A stretch of DNA of 63,902 bases, counting the filler, from an uncultured Methanosarcinales archaeon (GTDB taxonomy: Archaea; Nanobdellota; Nanobdellia; Woesearchaeales; CAZOXR01), in the NCBI GenBank assembly GCA_964566535.1. It is 5 parts of 5 records of this genome, joined end to end, with 100 filler letters (N's around TTAATTAATTAA, not from the genome) between each part and the next. Parts side by side here need not be neighbours in the genome. Positions count along the whole stretch, not along the records: positions 20,838 to 52,587 come from CAZMIO010000003.1; 4 more parts are not named here. One strand, 5' to 3'. A program made the translations under genes and the position numbers. Within the stretch, counting starts at the first letter, position 1. Each line of letters opens with the position of its first letter. Positions 31,457-40,779 of this stretch are shown here, one piece after another. Under the pieces are notes generated by a model. That model saw nothing but the letters and a program-made list of their open reading frames with translations, ran no database searches and was not told the origin of the DNA.

Positions 31457-32439
31457 CCTCCTCCACCTTCCTCTATCATACCATCATCATTAGATTCATG
31501 ATCCATTGGAACATCTCCTTCCACACCATCCATCTCCATACCGTCCATTGTACCATCCACACCATCCATTTCCATACTCATCCCAGACATATCCGTACCT
31601 GGCAGAGCAATAATCAAATAAATCATATAAAATGCACTAAGAAGCATAACTATCCCTGCAACCCTTTTAAGCATCAAAGTAGAGGCCATAAATTTACCTT
31701 TTAGAATCTTTCTTGACTTACTTATTAATATAGTGGCTGCAACCATACATAGGCCAAGTGCAAAAGCAAAAATTATAAAACTAATTATACTAGTAAGCAG
31801 ATCTCCACCAAGTAGTGGATAAATGATTAATGGGATCATCAGGAGTAAGGCACACATAAATGCTTCTACTCCATAAAAGATGCCAAATAAGAATACCCCT
31901 CTCTCATGACTTTTACTCTTCAAACTTCCTTCTGATAATCCTTTTGTACGAAGAAAGGGCAAATACTTTTTCACATTAATTGAAATATTAAACAGTAATG
32001 CTAACCCAACAATAACCAGAATAGCTGCCGATATTTCCCGGTTGTATGCCATCAAAGTCATTCCAATTATCTGGCCAAAAATAATAGTAAGTATTCCTAA
32101 CACAAGATAGAACGAAACAAGACCTAATGCTGCAAAGCTTCCATAGTATACCGCTTTTTTATTCCCCACTTCTTCAATATTCAAATAATAAGAAAGGTAT
32201 GCTGGCAAAATACCAATTGCACAAGGAGCAAAAAATGAAACTATTCCAGCAAAGAAAGCAAACCCATAAAAGACTAAAGGGGGCAATTGACTAATCTTTG
32301 TCACATTCGCAGCTGCATATCTCAAATAACCAAAATAACCAAACCAAGATAATACTACAAAAGATAAAAAAATACCCAACAAAATAAAAAAATAAATAGG
32401 TCTTTTACCTTTTTTCTGATCAGGTTTTAATTCTTCCAA
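31453..32439 (-). CDS. ccdA: CcdA-like membrane protein with Met-rich tail
   Basis: FAPCAIGILP, AFMCA; tail DMSGMSMEMDG. Confidence 0.8.
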   Translation of the reverse strand: MEELKPDQKKGKRPIYFFILLGIFLSFVVLSWFGYFGYLRYAAANVTKISQLPPLVFYGFAFFAGIVSFFAPCAIGILPAYLSYYLNIEEVGNKKAVYYGSFAALGLVSFYLVLGILTIIFGQIIGMTLMAYNREISAAILVIVGLALLFNISINVKKYLPFLRTKGLSEGSLKSKSHERGVFLFGIFYGVEAFMCALLLMIPLIIYPLLGGDLLTSIISFIIFAFALGLCMVAATILISKSRKILKGKFMASTLMLKRVAGIVMLLSAFYMIYLIIALPGTDMSGMSMEMDGVDGTMDGMEMDGVEGDVPMDHESNDDGMIEEGGGG

Positions 32440-33396
32440 TCAACATCCACCCACCATTCCTGGCAAGTCATTAAGCTCAGATACTGATGCAGAACTTCCT
32501 CCTCCACCCTGACCTGCAAATTGCGCAGCGATACCTGCTGAACCACCATGACTAAGAGTACTTGCATCTGCATGCCCAGTATAAACCAAGTAATCTTGAA
32601 TCATTCCTTTTGGGTACCATAGGCCTTTCCACCGCGTCATCTCTCCCAAAATTTCTTCATCAGCTTTGTCCCCATAATATCTTACAAAAAATCGTGCTAT
32701 TCCTTTCCAAGCGTACGCATGAGCACAACCGCATCTGCTAATTGTAGTTACCTGACTTGGTCCACCACAGCAATATTCACAAGTAAATACTCCGGTTAAT
32801 TTTTGCCACCTTTCCTCTTCTTCATGTGATAATTCAATCTTCGAACCAAATTGAGCAAACCTTGCACTTCCTGTTAAAGAAGCCCAGATTTGTTGTGAAG
32901 GAATTGGCTCATCAAAACTTATACCTGCTAAGAGTTCAGAACCTGGCCCTTCATGAACATACGGCGGTACGCCTGTTGGAATAATATAATTAATGGCATC
33001 TTGTGTAGGGTCCCCAGTATTTCCAGGTTTTGGAACTTCACTTATTGTCGGCCACTCAACTAGTTTTGTTGTTCTTCCATCTGGATTTAGTTGAGGCCCA
33101 ATAATAACGCCACCCTTCCCAGATAATAGATTTAATCGATGTGAAATACCTCCAATTGAGGATCCGCCCCTTCCAAACATATCAGAAACACTGTTTATCT
33201 GATATTGATTAAATACCATAAGGAAAAAAGCTATCCCTAATACTACCATACTAAATTTTCCCAAAATCTTCTCATCATCTCCTCTTTTTTTGTGCACTTT
33301 TGAACCGAACAAGAGTTCTCTGTTTTGTTTCATCCTTGATTCATGATGACCATTCATACTAACATGTTTTTTCCCCTCAGATTCTGATTTTTCCAT
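32440..33396 (-). CDS. Membrane-anchored Cys-cluster protein ending LPGMVGGC
   Basis: TM+FNQYQ, CEYCCG, CGCAH, WKGLWYPK; paralog of 36209..36979. Confidence 0.8.
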   Translation of the reverse strand: MEKSESEGKKHVSMNGHHESRMKQNRELLFGSKVHKKRGDDEKILGKFSMVVLGIAFFLMVFNQYQINSVSDMFGRGGSSIGGISHRLNLLSGKGGVIIGPQLNPDGRTTKLVEWPTISEVPKPGNTGDPTQDAINYIIPTGVPPYVHEGPGSELLAGISFDEPIPSQQIWASLTGSARFAQFGSKIELSHEEEERWQKLTGVFTCEYCCGGPSQVTTISRCGCAHAYAWKGIARFFVRYYGDKADEEILGEMTRWKGLWYPKGMIQDYLVYTGHADASTLSHGGSAGIAAQFAGQGGGGSSASVSELNDLPGMVGGC

Positions 33397-33426
33397 TTGT
33401 TAACGCCTCTAACAGTTTTTTATTAA

Positions 33427-34059
33427 TTAGCACCCAAAAGTTCCTTCTATTGCACAAACATTCCCACTCAACCCTTCCTTAATAATTCCAGGCTCAGGGC
33501 CACTTGTAACATAATCTAAAACATTCGTATTATTCCATTCATGAGGATGGTTCCATAGTGTCCAGAAATATCTCCACTCATTCCATCCTACTCCAAGATG
33601 CTTCACATAAATTCCATTATCAGATAGCATCTTTCCTATCTTTCGACCAGTCATACATGGAATACTGTAACAATATACAATTATCTCCTTGTAAGGATTC
33701 TCTTGCTTCAAGTTCATAAATGAACCAACTATCCTTTTCACAGATCCATAATCTGAATGGTCTCTATCTTTGTAAGCAGGAATACTTACTGCTCCTACAA
33801 CATGCTCTTCTTCATACTCTTCTTGACTTCTCAAATCCACTAACACAAAACTGTCATCCCCTTTAGCCATAGCCTTCCTTATATGATGAGGGCTCACATG
33901 AACAGCATTCTCAACGGTATAAAATTCCAAAGCTAGCTCCTCATTAGACTTCTCACTAATATCATGACTCTGTGCACTATTGATAAGAAAAGTTGTCAAC
34001 CCACCAGATATAGCACCAACTATTATCGCTATAATCACTGTCTGAATTATTTTTTTCAT
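33427..34059 (-). CDS. Membrane-anchored rhodanese-domain protein
   Basis: LVDLRS.EEYEEEHVVGA, VYCYSIPC, GWNEW; ends TFGC. Confidence 0.85.
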   Translation of the reverse strand: MKKIIQTVIIAIIVGAISGGLTTFLINSAQSHDISEKSNEELALEFYTVENAVHVSPHHIRKAMAKGDDSFVLVDLRSQEEYEEEHVVGAVSIPAYKDRDHSDYGSVKRIVGSFMNLKQENPYKEIIVYCYSIPCMTGRKIGKMLSDNGIYVKHLGVGWNEWRYFWTLWNHPHEWNNTNVLDYVTSGPEPGIIKEGLSGNVCAIEGTFGC

Positions 34060-34072
34060 AGTATTCCCTCCT

Positions 34073-35302
34073 CTAACCAGTTACTGCCGGAGTAACAACC
34101 TCTCCCTTAACTAAATCAGTATAAGGCTTGCCAGCAATATCTGCTTCCCTAAATACATAGGCACCATCGTCTTCTACCGTTCCAACAGATGCCCACGCAT
34201 CAGTCAAAGAAACATACTCCTCTACATCCCCTTCAAGAATGATAGCGGGTACTTGCTCTATATCATACTTTTCAACAATTAATCTACCCTCTGCACTAGA
34301 TATATCAACTGTTTTTTCATCACCAAGTACAACCCCCAATCTTAATAGGATGGGCTTATGAAATTCCTCTCCATCATAACATTCCTTACAGCTTCCATCT
34401 TCAAGAATCGTTAAATGTAATAATCCCTTAAGAACACCAGCATCTAAATCAAAATAAGGGGGATTAGCTTCCCTCATTACAAACGAACCATCCTCCTCAA
34501 CAGTCCCAATTGTATCCCAACCTACCTTAATATTGGGATAAGCTTCAGCCTCCTTATCTAAGATTACAATCGGAACCTTCTCAATATCATATTTGCTGAC
34601 TAAACTCTTTCCACTAGCACTATCCACATCAACAACCTGTTCACTTTTAAATATAACACCTGTACTCTTCAATTGTTTAACAAAAGTACTCAAGTCAGAA
34701 CAATCATCACAATCCTTCTTTTCTAGTTGAATCAAAGATACTTTCCCAAGGACCGCACCAGTCACTGCATCAACATAAGGTGGAACCAATTCAGTTAAAA
34801 CATAATCACCATCTATAACCTCTCCAACATCATTCAAACTTGAAGCTAATGATCTTGATTTCTCAAACTCACCAGTAATAATCACAGTTGGTAGCTTCTC
34901 AATTCCATATTTACCAATCAATTCTTTAGCCTCAGCAGAACTAGGATCTAACCTTTTCTTATCCTTAACCTCAACTTCTGTTGACTCAATCAATTCAACA
35001 ACAGCACCAATATCATAACAATCTTCGCAATCAGTATCTATAACGGTAAACTCGATAACAGCAGGCTTTGCAGCTTCCTCAGCTTCAGCAAGCTTACCAT
35101 CAAATATTCCACCGAAAGAACTTATCTGATAAGTATTATACGCTGCAAATAAGATAATTACAACTCCTAAAACTATAAACAAATGATTATAAAATGACTT
35201 ACCCATTCCCTTAGGTTTATGATGAACATGGTGAGTAGGATGTTTATGTACTTCATGTGATTTATGAGTATGTACTTCTTCTTTTTTCTTATGATCTTCC
35301 AT
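34073..35302 (-). CDS. His-rich membrane-anchored protein with three thioredoxin-like CxxC repeats
   Basis: CEDC, CDDC and CKEC, each followed by KY.IEK/Q(L/V)P. Confidence 0.8.
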   Translation of the reverse strand: MEDHKKKEEVHTHKSHEVHKHPTHHVHHKPKGMGKSFYNHLFIVLGVVIILFAAYNTYQISSFGGIFDGKLAEAEEAAKPAVIEFTVIDTDCEDCYDIGAVVELIESTEVEVKDKKRLDPSSAEAKELIGKYGIEKLPTVIITGEFEKSRSLASSLNDVGEVIDGDYVLTELVPPYVDAVTGAVLGKVSLIQLEKKDCDDCSDLSTFVKQLKSTGVIFKSEQVVDVDSASGKSLVSKYDIEKVPIVILDKEAEAYPNIKVGWDTIGTVEEDGSFVMREANPPYFDLDAGVLKGLLHLTILEDGSCKECYDGEEFHKPILLRLGVVLGDEKTVDISSAEGRLIVEKYDIEQVPAIILEGDVEEYVSLTDAWASVGTVEDDGAYVFREADIAGKPYTDLVKGEVVTPAVTG

Positions 35303-35365
35303 TTTTTATAGCCCCCTTTCGTTATTAATTGACAAAAATAAATAAAAAATTAGTTAGAGATTGAT

Positions 35366-35593
35366 CTAACAACCTCCAACCATCTGCGGTAAATCCTTTA
35401 TACTGCTTGGCAAAGAACCAGTACTTCTTCCACTTCCCCCTGATGAGGCAACCGGAGAACTACTGCTTGAAGAACTTAACTTAAGTCCGCCTTCTTCAAC
35501 CTTACCCTTAAGCGCATTCAGCTGAAATGCCTGTACAGCAGATATTAATACTAAAACCGCCAATACTACTGCCACAATTGTTGCTTGTTTCAT
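35366..35593 (-). CDS. Small membrane-anchored peptide ending LPQMVGGC
   Basis: GGAGGTGA RBS; TM, Ser/Gly linker, MVGGC. Confidence 0.85.
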   Translation of the reverse strand: MKQATIVAVVLAVLVLISAVQAFQLNALKGKVEEGGLKLSSSSSSSPVASSGGSGRSTGSLPSSIKDLPQMVGGC

Positions 35594-35610
35594 GTTTTCA
35601 CCTCCAAAGA

Positions 35611-36021
35611 TTAATATTCACATCCAGTAAGAGCAGCTAATCTCTCAAATGATTGAACAGTTTCATAACTTTCTCCGTCAATCACCCAAGTTGGTCTCTT
35701 AGCAAGATCACTTTTAACAACATAAGTAACGTGCTTAAACGACTTCCCAAACATTGCTTTCTGCCCATTCGTATACTGACACCAGTCTTCCCCATACATA
35801 ACTGCACCTTTTTCAGTCAAACACTTAGCAAAATTATCATATGTGCCTGGAGAAAGAAAAGCAAAAGCACTTACAGATACTGCAACCAACAGTACAACAC
35901 CAGCAATAATCCACATCTTATTCTTTTTGCCAGTCTTCTCTACCTTAATTTGTTCGTGATGCTCTTCTCTTGCCTTATGCTCTTCCTCATTATGTTCAGG
36001 TACGTGTTGCAATTTACTCAA
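35611..36021 (-). CDS. Membrane-anchored thioredoxin-like protein
   Basis: FAKCL..MYGEDWC..PTWVIDG..LTGC; TTG start at 36021 overlaps the upstream stop. Confidence 0.75.
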   Translation of the reverse strand: MSKLQHVPEHNEEEHKAREEHHEQIKVEKTGKKNKMWIIAGVVLLVAVSVSAFAFLSPGTYDNFAKCLTEKGAVMYGEDWCQYTNGQKAMFGKSFKHVTYVVKSDLAKRPTWVIDGESYETVQSFERLAALTGCEY

Positions 36022-36182
36022 CCACCGCAACTTCCACCAATTGGTCCAGATGGTGGCGGTGCTCCGCTTCCGCCTTGAGCAGTACAACCTGCAACTAAAG
36101 CCACAACTACTATCAAACCAATAACAAACAATAACTTATTCTTACGATATAATCCCTTCATTAAATCTATCATTCCGTTCAT
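36018..36182 (-). CDS. Small lipoprotein-like peptide ending IGGSCGG
   Basis: AGGGG RBS before ATG 36182; VAGC lipobox. Confidence 0.75.
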   Translation of the reverse strand: MNGMIDLMKGLYRKNKLLFVIGLIVVVALVAGCTAQGGSGAPPPSGPIGGSCGG

Positions 36183-36208
36183 TTTATTTAGCCCCCTATT
36201 TATTGTTT

Positions 36209-36979
36209 TTAACATCCACCAACCATACCAGGCAGATTTTCTAGTACCGATGTATCTCCACCACCAATGGATGCTCCCAGCTCAATCATATTCTTTGGAA
36301 ACCACAATGTCTTCCATCTCATAGCTTCCCTTAGAATCTCACCATCACTATAATCAGTATATGCCGATAAATACAATGTTAATGATAATATTCCTGGATT
36401 ATGCGAACAACCACATTTTGAATTCCCTTTACTATCCGCACCTGCTGCACCAATCCCACAACAATACTCACATGAAATCCCCCTGGGCTCTGATGCAAGA
36501 CCTACAAATCTCTGGAATGCTTCAGGATTACTCTTCTCAACCTCAGCCTTTAACCCCTTATACATCTTTGCAAGAACATCTAAAGACTCAATTGGATCAT
36601 CAAAACTTACTCCTAAATCATCGCCATATTCAGGAGTTCCTGTTGGGAACATTATACTCATCACATCATCACCGCTTGCTCCTTCCAACGGAAAAACAGC
36701 TGCAATAGTCTGCGCAGTAGATTCTAACTCAGCAACATTCAAACTTGAAAGATCACTACTACCTGAAAAATGTGACCTTCCACTAGAACCTCCACTACCC
36801 ACCATCCCACTCAAACCATTTACTTGGTATTGGTTGAAAACTATCAAGACAACAGCCAGAATAGCCATCGTTAAAATTGGCTTAGAGGTCAACTTCTCTC
36901 CATCATGCCCTACATGATGCTTAACTTCTTTATGTTTTATAGTATCTCCTTTAACCTCTTTATGTTCTATCTCAACCAC
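36209..36979 (-). CDS. Membrane-anchored Cys-cluster protein ending LPGMVGGC
   Basis: TM+FNQYQ, CEYCCG, CGCSH, WKTLWFPK. Confidence 0.8.
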   Translation of the reverse strand: MVEIEHKEVKGDTIKHKEVKHHVGHDGEKLTSKPILTMAILAVVLIVFNQYQVNGLSGMVGSGGSSGRSHFSGSSDLSSLNVAELESTAQTIAAVFPLEGASGDDVMSIMFPTGTPEYGDDLGVSFDDPIESLDVLAKMYKGLKAEVEKSNPEAFQRFVGLASEPRGISCEYCCGIGAAGADSKGNSKCGCSHNPGILSLTLYLSAYTDYSDGEILREAMRWKTLWFPKNMIELGASIGGGDTSVLENLPGMVGGC

Positions 36980-37099
36980 CTCGCAACAATAAAGTAATAA
37001 TCATTTTCATATATAAATCTTTTCAATTAATAACTTACTATTCTCTACCCTATATTTAAATGAAGAGAAATAATAGTGAAAAAATAGGGAAAATTTAAA

Positions 37100-37183
37100 T
37101 ATCTGAATACTACTATCTCTAGATTAGTAGTATTCAGAGTATGCTCAAAAACCACTGTTCTTTAGCAATAGTGGTTTTCGAAA
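37100..37183. repeat. Double-hairpin element, inverted degenerate copy E
   Basis: TCTGAATACTACTA..TAGTAGTATTCAGA-GTATGC-TCAAAAACCACT..AGTGGTTTTCGA. Confidence 0.75.
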
Positions 37184-37221
37184 TATCTATCATAAAATAA
37201 AACAAACTTGGGGAAAAAATA

Positions 37222-38955
37222 GTGAAAAGCAATAGATTACTGATAATTATCTTACTTTCATTAGTCATTATTGGAGCAGCAATTATAACAAATCTCCTTT
37301 CATTCTCAAATATTGAAGATTTAATCATAGAACAGCTTAAAGAAACTCAACAGATTGAAACAGAACATGCAGCTTCTCAAATAGAATCACATATTCTGCA
37401 GATAAAAGATGAACTTATTACTTTAAGCAAATTCCCAATAAAGGAAAAAATTGACCTTAATCAACAGTGTTCTGGAGATATGGAGACTATCCATATTGGC
37501 ACTGAAAGCAAGATAGATTCCCTTCTTAGAGTTGATGAGTCAGGCAATGTTATAGAATGCTCTTCCTCAGAATTCCAGAATTTTCTTGGTCTAAATATAG
37601 CAAACAAAGATTACTTTAAAACCCCTAAAGAGACAAACGAACCATTTATTACGGGGATGGTGAGACAAGGCACAAGCAGACAAACAATCATTTCAGCACC
37701 TTTATTCGAAACAACTGAATATACTCCCTATCCTAATTTTCAAGGAAAATTCAAAGGAGTTTTAATGAGCATTATCGAACTAAATACGTTAAATTCTTTG
37801 TACCTCCACCCAATAACTGCTTCCGAAAACATGCTTTTACTAATTAATACTAATACTGAAGAAACAATCCTAAGATCAAGTGCAATTGATGAATTCTCAA
37901 GCATAAAAAACAATTTACCTGAGTTAAGCGACGGTTTTAACACAATAACTAATATAAAGGGCTATGGCAACACTATCATAACTTCATCAGACTTAATATT
38001 TGGATCAGAAACTTGGCGCTTAATTGTTTTAACACCATTAAAGAATGTTGGAAACGAAGTTTCCTCAGTCCAAAAAAGACATATCCTAAGCTTAGCATTT
38101 GTGATAATTGTGTTCATAACAGTATCCATTTCCCTACTTTCTTTACATAAAACAAAAGAAGAAGTCCAAAAGAAACTAGAAAAAACCCATGTAACCTTAG
38201 AAAACCTAGGGATAAACATAGAAGTTGAAAAAGATAAGTATAATCAAGCAGACATCAGCCTCGAACCAAAGAAAATTTACCTCATCAAAGAAGATGAAGA
38301 AAACAATGCCCATGAACTATTCATCAGCTCTTTAAACAGGGGGTTTGCAGGATTAGGAATTGTAAGGGATGACCCAAGAATATTAAAAAAGAAGTACAAC
38401 CTAGAAAAGACCTCACTTATCTGGTTAACAAAAACAAAAATAGAAGGCATACCTTGCGAAGCTAGCATAGATAATCTTTTCGAGTTAATCTCAGAATTTA
38501 TTAAAAAATGCCCAAAAAGCGCAGTTTTAATTGACAAATTAAACTACATCCTAACAGAGAATAGTTTTGAATCAGTAATAAAAAAGATTCACGAATTAAA
38601 AGATTTAACATTAGCCCATGAAACCATAATCATCCTGTCAGTAAACCCCGATTTAGTTGAAGAATCAAAACTTAAAGCAATTGAATCAGAAACAATTGAC
38701 TTATATGGAAAACACCTAAAAGAGCGTGTTGAGCTCTCAGAACTAGAGATGAACGTCTTAAAGTTTGTCAACGAAAACAACGTAACTAATAGATTAGTCT
38801 CCTATAAAGACATTACAATCAAGTTCAACATCACAAAACCCACAACAAGAGTAAAGATTAGAAAGTTAGAACATCTAAACTTACTAACAGTTAACCAGAA
38901 AGGCAGATTTAAGTCAATTAAGATCACTTCTGCAGGTAGAAGGATAATTGGGTAA
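37222..38955 (+). CDS. Membrane one-component sensor: Cache - TM - DUF835-like - wHTH
   Basis: Two TMs flanking KDYFKTP..IISAPL; GLGIVRDDP..IWLT..VLIDKLNY; C-terminal HTH (ITKPTTR..ITSAGR). Confidence 0.7.
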   Translation: MKSNRLLIIILLSLVIIGAAIITNLLSFSNIEDLIIEQLKETQQIETEHAASQIESHILQIKDELITLSKFPIKEKIDLNQQCSGDMETIHIGTESKIDSLLRVDESGNVIECSSSEFQNFLGLNIANKDYFKTPKETNEPFITGMVRQGTSRQTIISAPLFETTEYTPYPNFQGKFKGVLMSIIELNTLNSLYLHPITASENMLLLINTNTEETILRSSAIDEFSSIKNNLPELSDGFNTITNIKGYGNTIITSSDLIFGSETWRLIVLTPLKNVGNEVSSVQKRHILSLAFVIIVFITVSISLLSLHKTKEEVQKKLEKTHVTLENLGINIEVEKDKYNQADISLEPKKIYLIKEDEENNAHELFISSLNRGFAGLGIVRDDPRILKKKYNLEKTSLIWLTKTKIEGIPCEASIDNLFELISEFIKKCPKSAVLIDKLNYILTENSFESVIKKIHELKDLTLAHETIIILSVNPDLVEESKLKAIESETIDLYGKHLKERVELSELEMNVLKFVNENNVTNRLVSYKDITIKFNITKPTTRVKIRKLEHLNLLTVNQKGRFKSIKITSAGRRIIG

Positions 38956-38998
38956 TACCAAAACATAAAAAATCTATTTAATAGAAACCTTTATATAC

Positions 38999-39018
38999 AA
39001 GTTAGGCTAACCTAACTT
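38999..39018. promoter_or_regulatory. DtxR/IdeR-type iron box
   Basis: AAGTTAGG-CTAA-CCTAACTT between the TATA box (38989) and the FTR1 start. Confidence 0.8.
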
Positions 39019-39022
39019 TTAG

Positions 39023-39859
39023 ATGATTTCAAGCTTTGTAATAACATTCAGAGAAACTCTAGAGGCGGCATTAATAATAGGAATAATTCTAGCTTATCTA
39101 GTTAAAACAAAACGTACAAAATACAACAATATCGTTTACTTAGGGATAACTTCTGCAATCATTGCATCCATAATCGCAGCATTCTTATTCAATTCATTAG
39201 CTGGCGGTTTTACTGGCAGAGCAGAAGAAATATTTGAAGGAATAGCAATGTTATTTGCAGCTTTCTTAATAACATTCATGATTCTATGGATGCTTAAACA
39301 AAAACATGTACAGGTAGAACTACATCAAAAAGTCCAAAAAGAAATAGACGAACAACATAAGGCAGGACTATTCTTCTTAGTTTTCATCTCAGTTTTCAGA
39401 GAAGGCATAGAAACTGTTATTTTCTTAAGTGCAGCAAATTTTGCAACATCGGCAACAAATGGTCTGATGGGGGCATTAATCGGAATCATAGCTGCAGTAA
39501 TCCTCGGTTACGCAATATTCGTATGGGGCAAAAACCTAAACTTAAAAAAATTCTTCAACGTAACAGGAGTCATTCTTATCTTATTCGCAGCAGGATTAGT
39601 AGTCCATGGAGTACACGAATTCCAGGAAGCAAAACTACTACCAACTTACATAGAACACGTTTGGGACATGAACCCTCCAGAAAACCCAGATGGATCATTC
39701 CCAGCCCTACACGAAAAAGGCTCAGTTGGATCAATTGCAAAAGGACTCTTAGGCTACAACGGAAACCCATCACTAATAGAAGTTTTCTCTTACTTAGCAT
39801 ATATTCTAGCAATAGTCCTACTTTGGAGAAACATAGATAAAGTTCATGAAGTTATTTAG
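39023..39859 (+). CDS. FTR1-family iron permease
   Basis: Two RExxE motifs (RETLE, REGIE). Confidence 0.93.
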   Translation: MISSFVITFRETLEAALIIGIILAYLVKTKRTKYNNIVYLGITSAIIASIIAAFLFNSLAGGFTGRAEEIFEGIAMLFAAFLITFMILWMLKQKHVQVELHQKVQKEIDEQHKAGLFFLVFISVFREGIETVIFLSAANFATSATNGLMGALIGIIAAVILGYAIFVWGKNLNLKKFFNVTGVILILFAAGLVVHGVHEFQEAKLLPTYIEHVWDMNPPENPDGSFPALHEKGSVGSIAKGLLGYNGNPSLIEVFSYLAYILAIVLLWRNIDKVHEVI

Positions 39860-39921
39860 ATTTCTCGTATTAAACTAAAAAACCACAACATTTATATACT
39901 AATACATGCCACTTATGACAT

Positions 39922-40224
39922 ATGTCAGAAAAAGCATATAAAGTATTCTTCACAACATTGGCAAATAACAATAGATTGAAGATTATAAACTATCTCAGAA
40001 AAGGAACTAAATGTGTTCATGAGATATGCAAAGATCTTAACTTTAATCAAACAACCGTCTCCCACAACCTAAAAAGACTCCTCCATTGTGGTTTTGTATT
40101 CGTAGAAAAACAAGGAAAACATCGTTATTACACCCTTAACAACAAAACCATCAAACCATTAATGTCATTAATAGACGAACACATACCTGAGTATTGCGAA
40201 AAATTAGAAAAAGGAGAAATATAA
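39922..40224 (+). CDS. ArsR/SmtB regulator
   Basis: LANNNRLKII..CVHEI..QTTVSHNL..GKHRYY. Confidence 0.92.
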   Translation: MSEKAYKVFFTTLANNNRLKIINYLRKGTKCVHEICKDLNFNQTTVSHNLKRLLHCGFVFVEKQGKHRYYTLNNKTIKPLMSLIDEHIPEYCEKLEKGEI

Positions 40225-40225
40225 A

Positions 40226-40384
40226 ATCGTAAAAACAATAACAAAAAACAATAGAACTTACTACATATGCGAAGCATGCGATTTTGCATATTTAGACAGA
40301 GAAACAGCACAAAAATGCGAAGATTACTACAATAAATACAAATCATGTTCATTAGAACTAACAAAAAAAGCAATTACCCTCTAA
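40226..40384 (+). CDS. Cys-rich microprotein with ATC start, or decayed gene
   Basis: IVKTITKNNRTYYICEACDFAYLDRETAQKCEDYYNKYKSCSLELTKKAITL; fills the gap between coupled genes. Confidence 0.55.
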   Translation: MVKTITKNNRTYYICEACDFAYLDRETAQKCEDYYNKYKSCSLELTKKAITL

Positions 40385-40386
40385 AA

Positions 40387-40779
40387 ATGGAATTAATAGA
40401 CAACAAAAACTGTTTTGTATGCGGAAAAGAAAACAAAATAGGATTAAAGCTAGACTACGAAATAGAAGATAGAAAGTTCAAAGCAGAGTTCATACCAAAA
40501 CCAGAACTACAAGGCTTCAAAGATATCGTACATGGCGGAATTGTAACAACTCTCTTAGATGAAGCAATGGTTAACCTTGCTTACAAACTAAAACTAAATG
40601 CCGTTACTAAAACAATTACTGTAAACTTAAAAAAACCAACTGTTGTTGGGCATAAATACAACCTATCAGGAGAAATTGTAGAGGAACAAGAAAAGATTAT
40701 AAAAGCAAAAGCAACATTAAAAGACCAAAACAATGAACTGGTTGCTGAAGCTGAATCAATCCTCGTTAAGCTAAAATGA
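40387..40779 (+). CDS. PaaI-family hotdog thioesterase
   Basis: CFVCG..HGGIVTTLLDEAM. Confidence 0.9.
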   Translation: MELIDNKNCFVCGKENKIGLKLDYEIEDRKFKAEFIPKPELQGFKDIVHGGIVTTLLDEAMVNLAYKLKLNAVTKTITVNLKKPTVVGHKYNLSGEIVEEQEKIIKAKATLKDQNNELVAEAESILVKLK

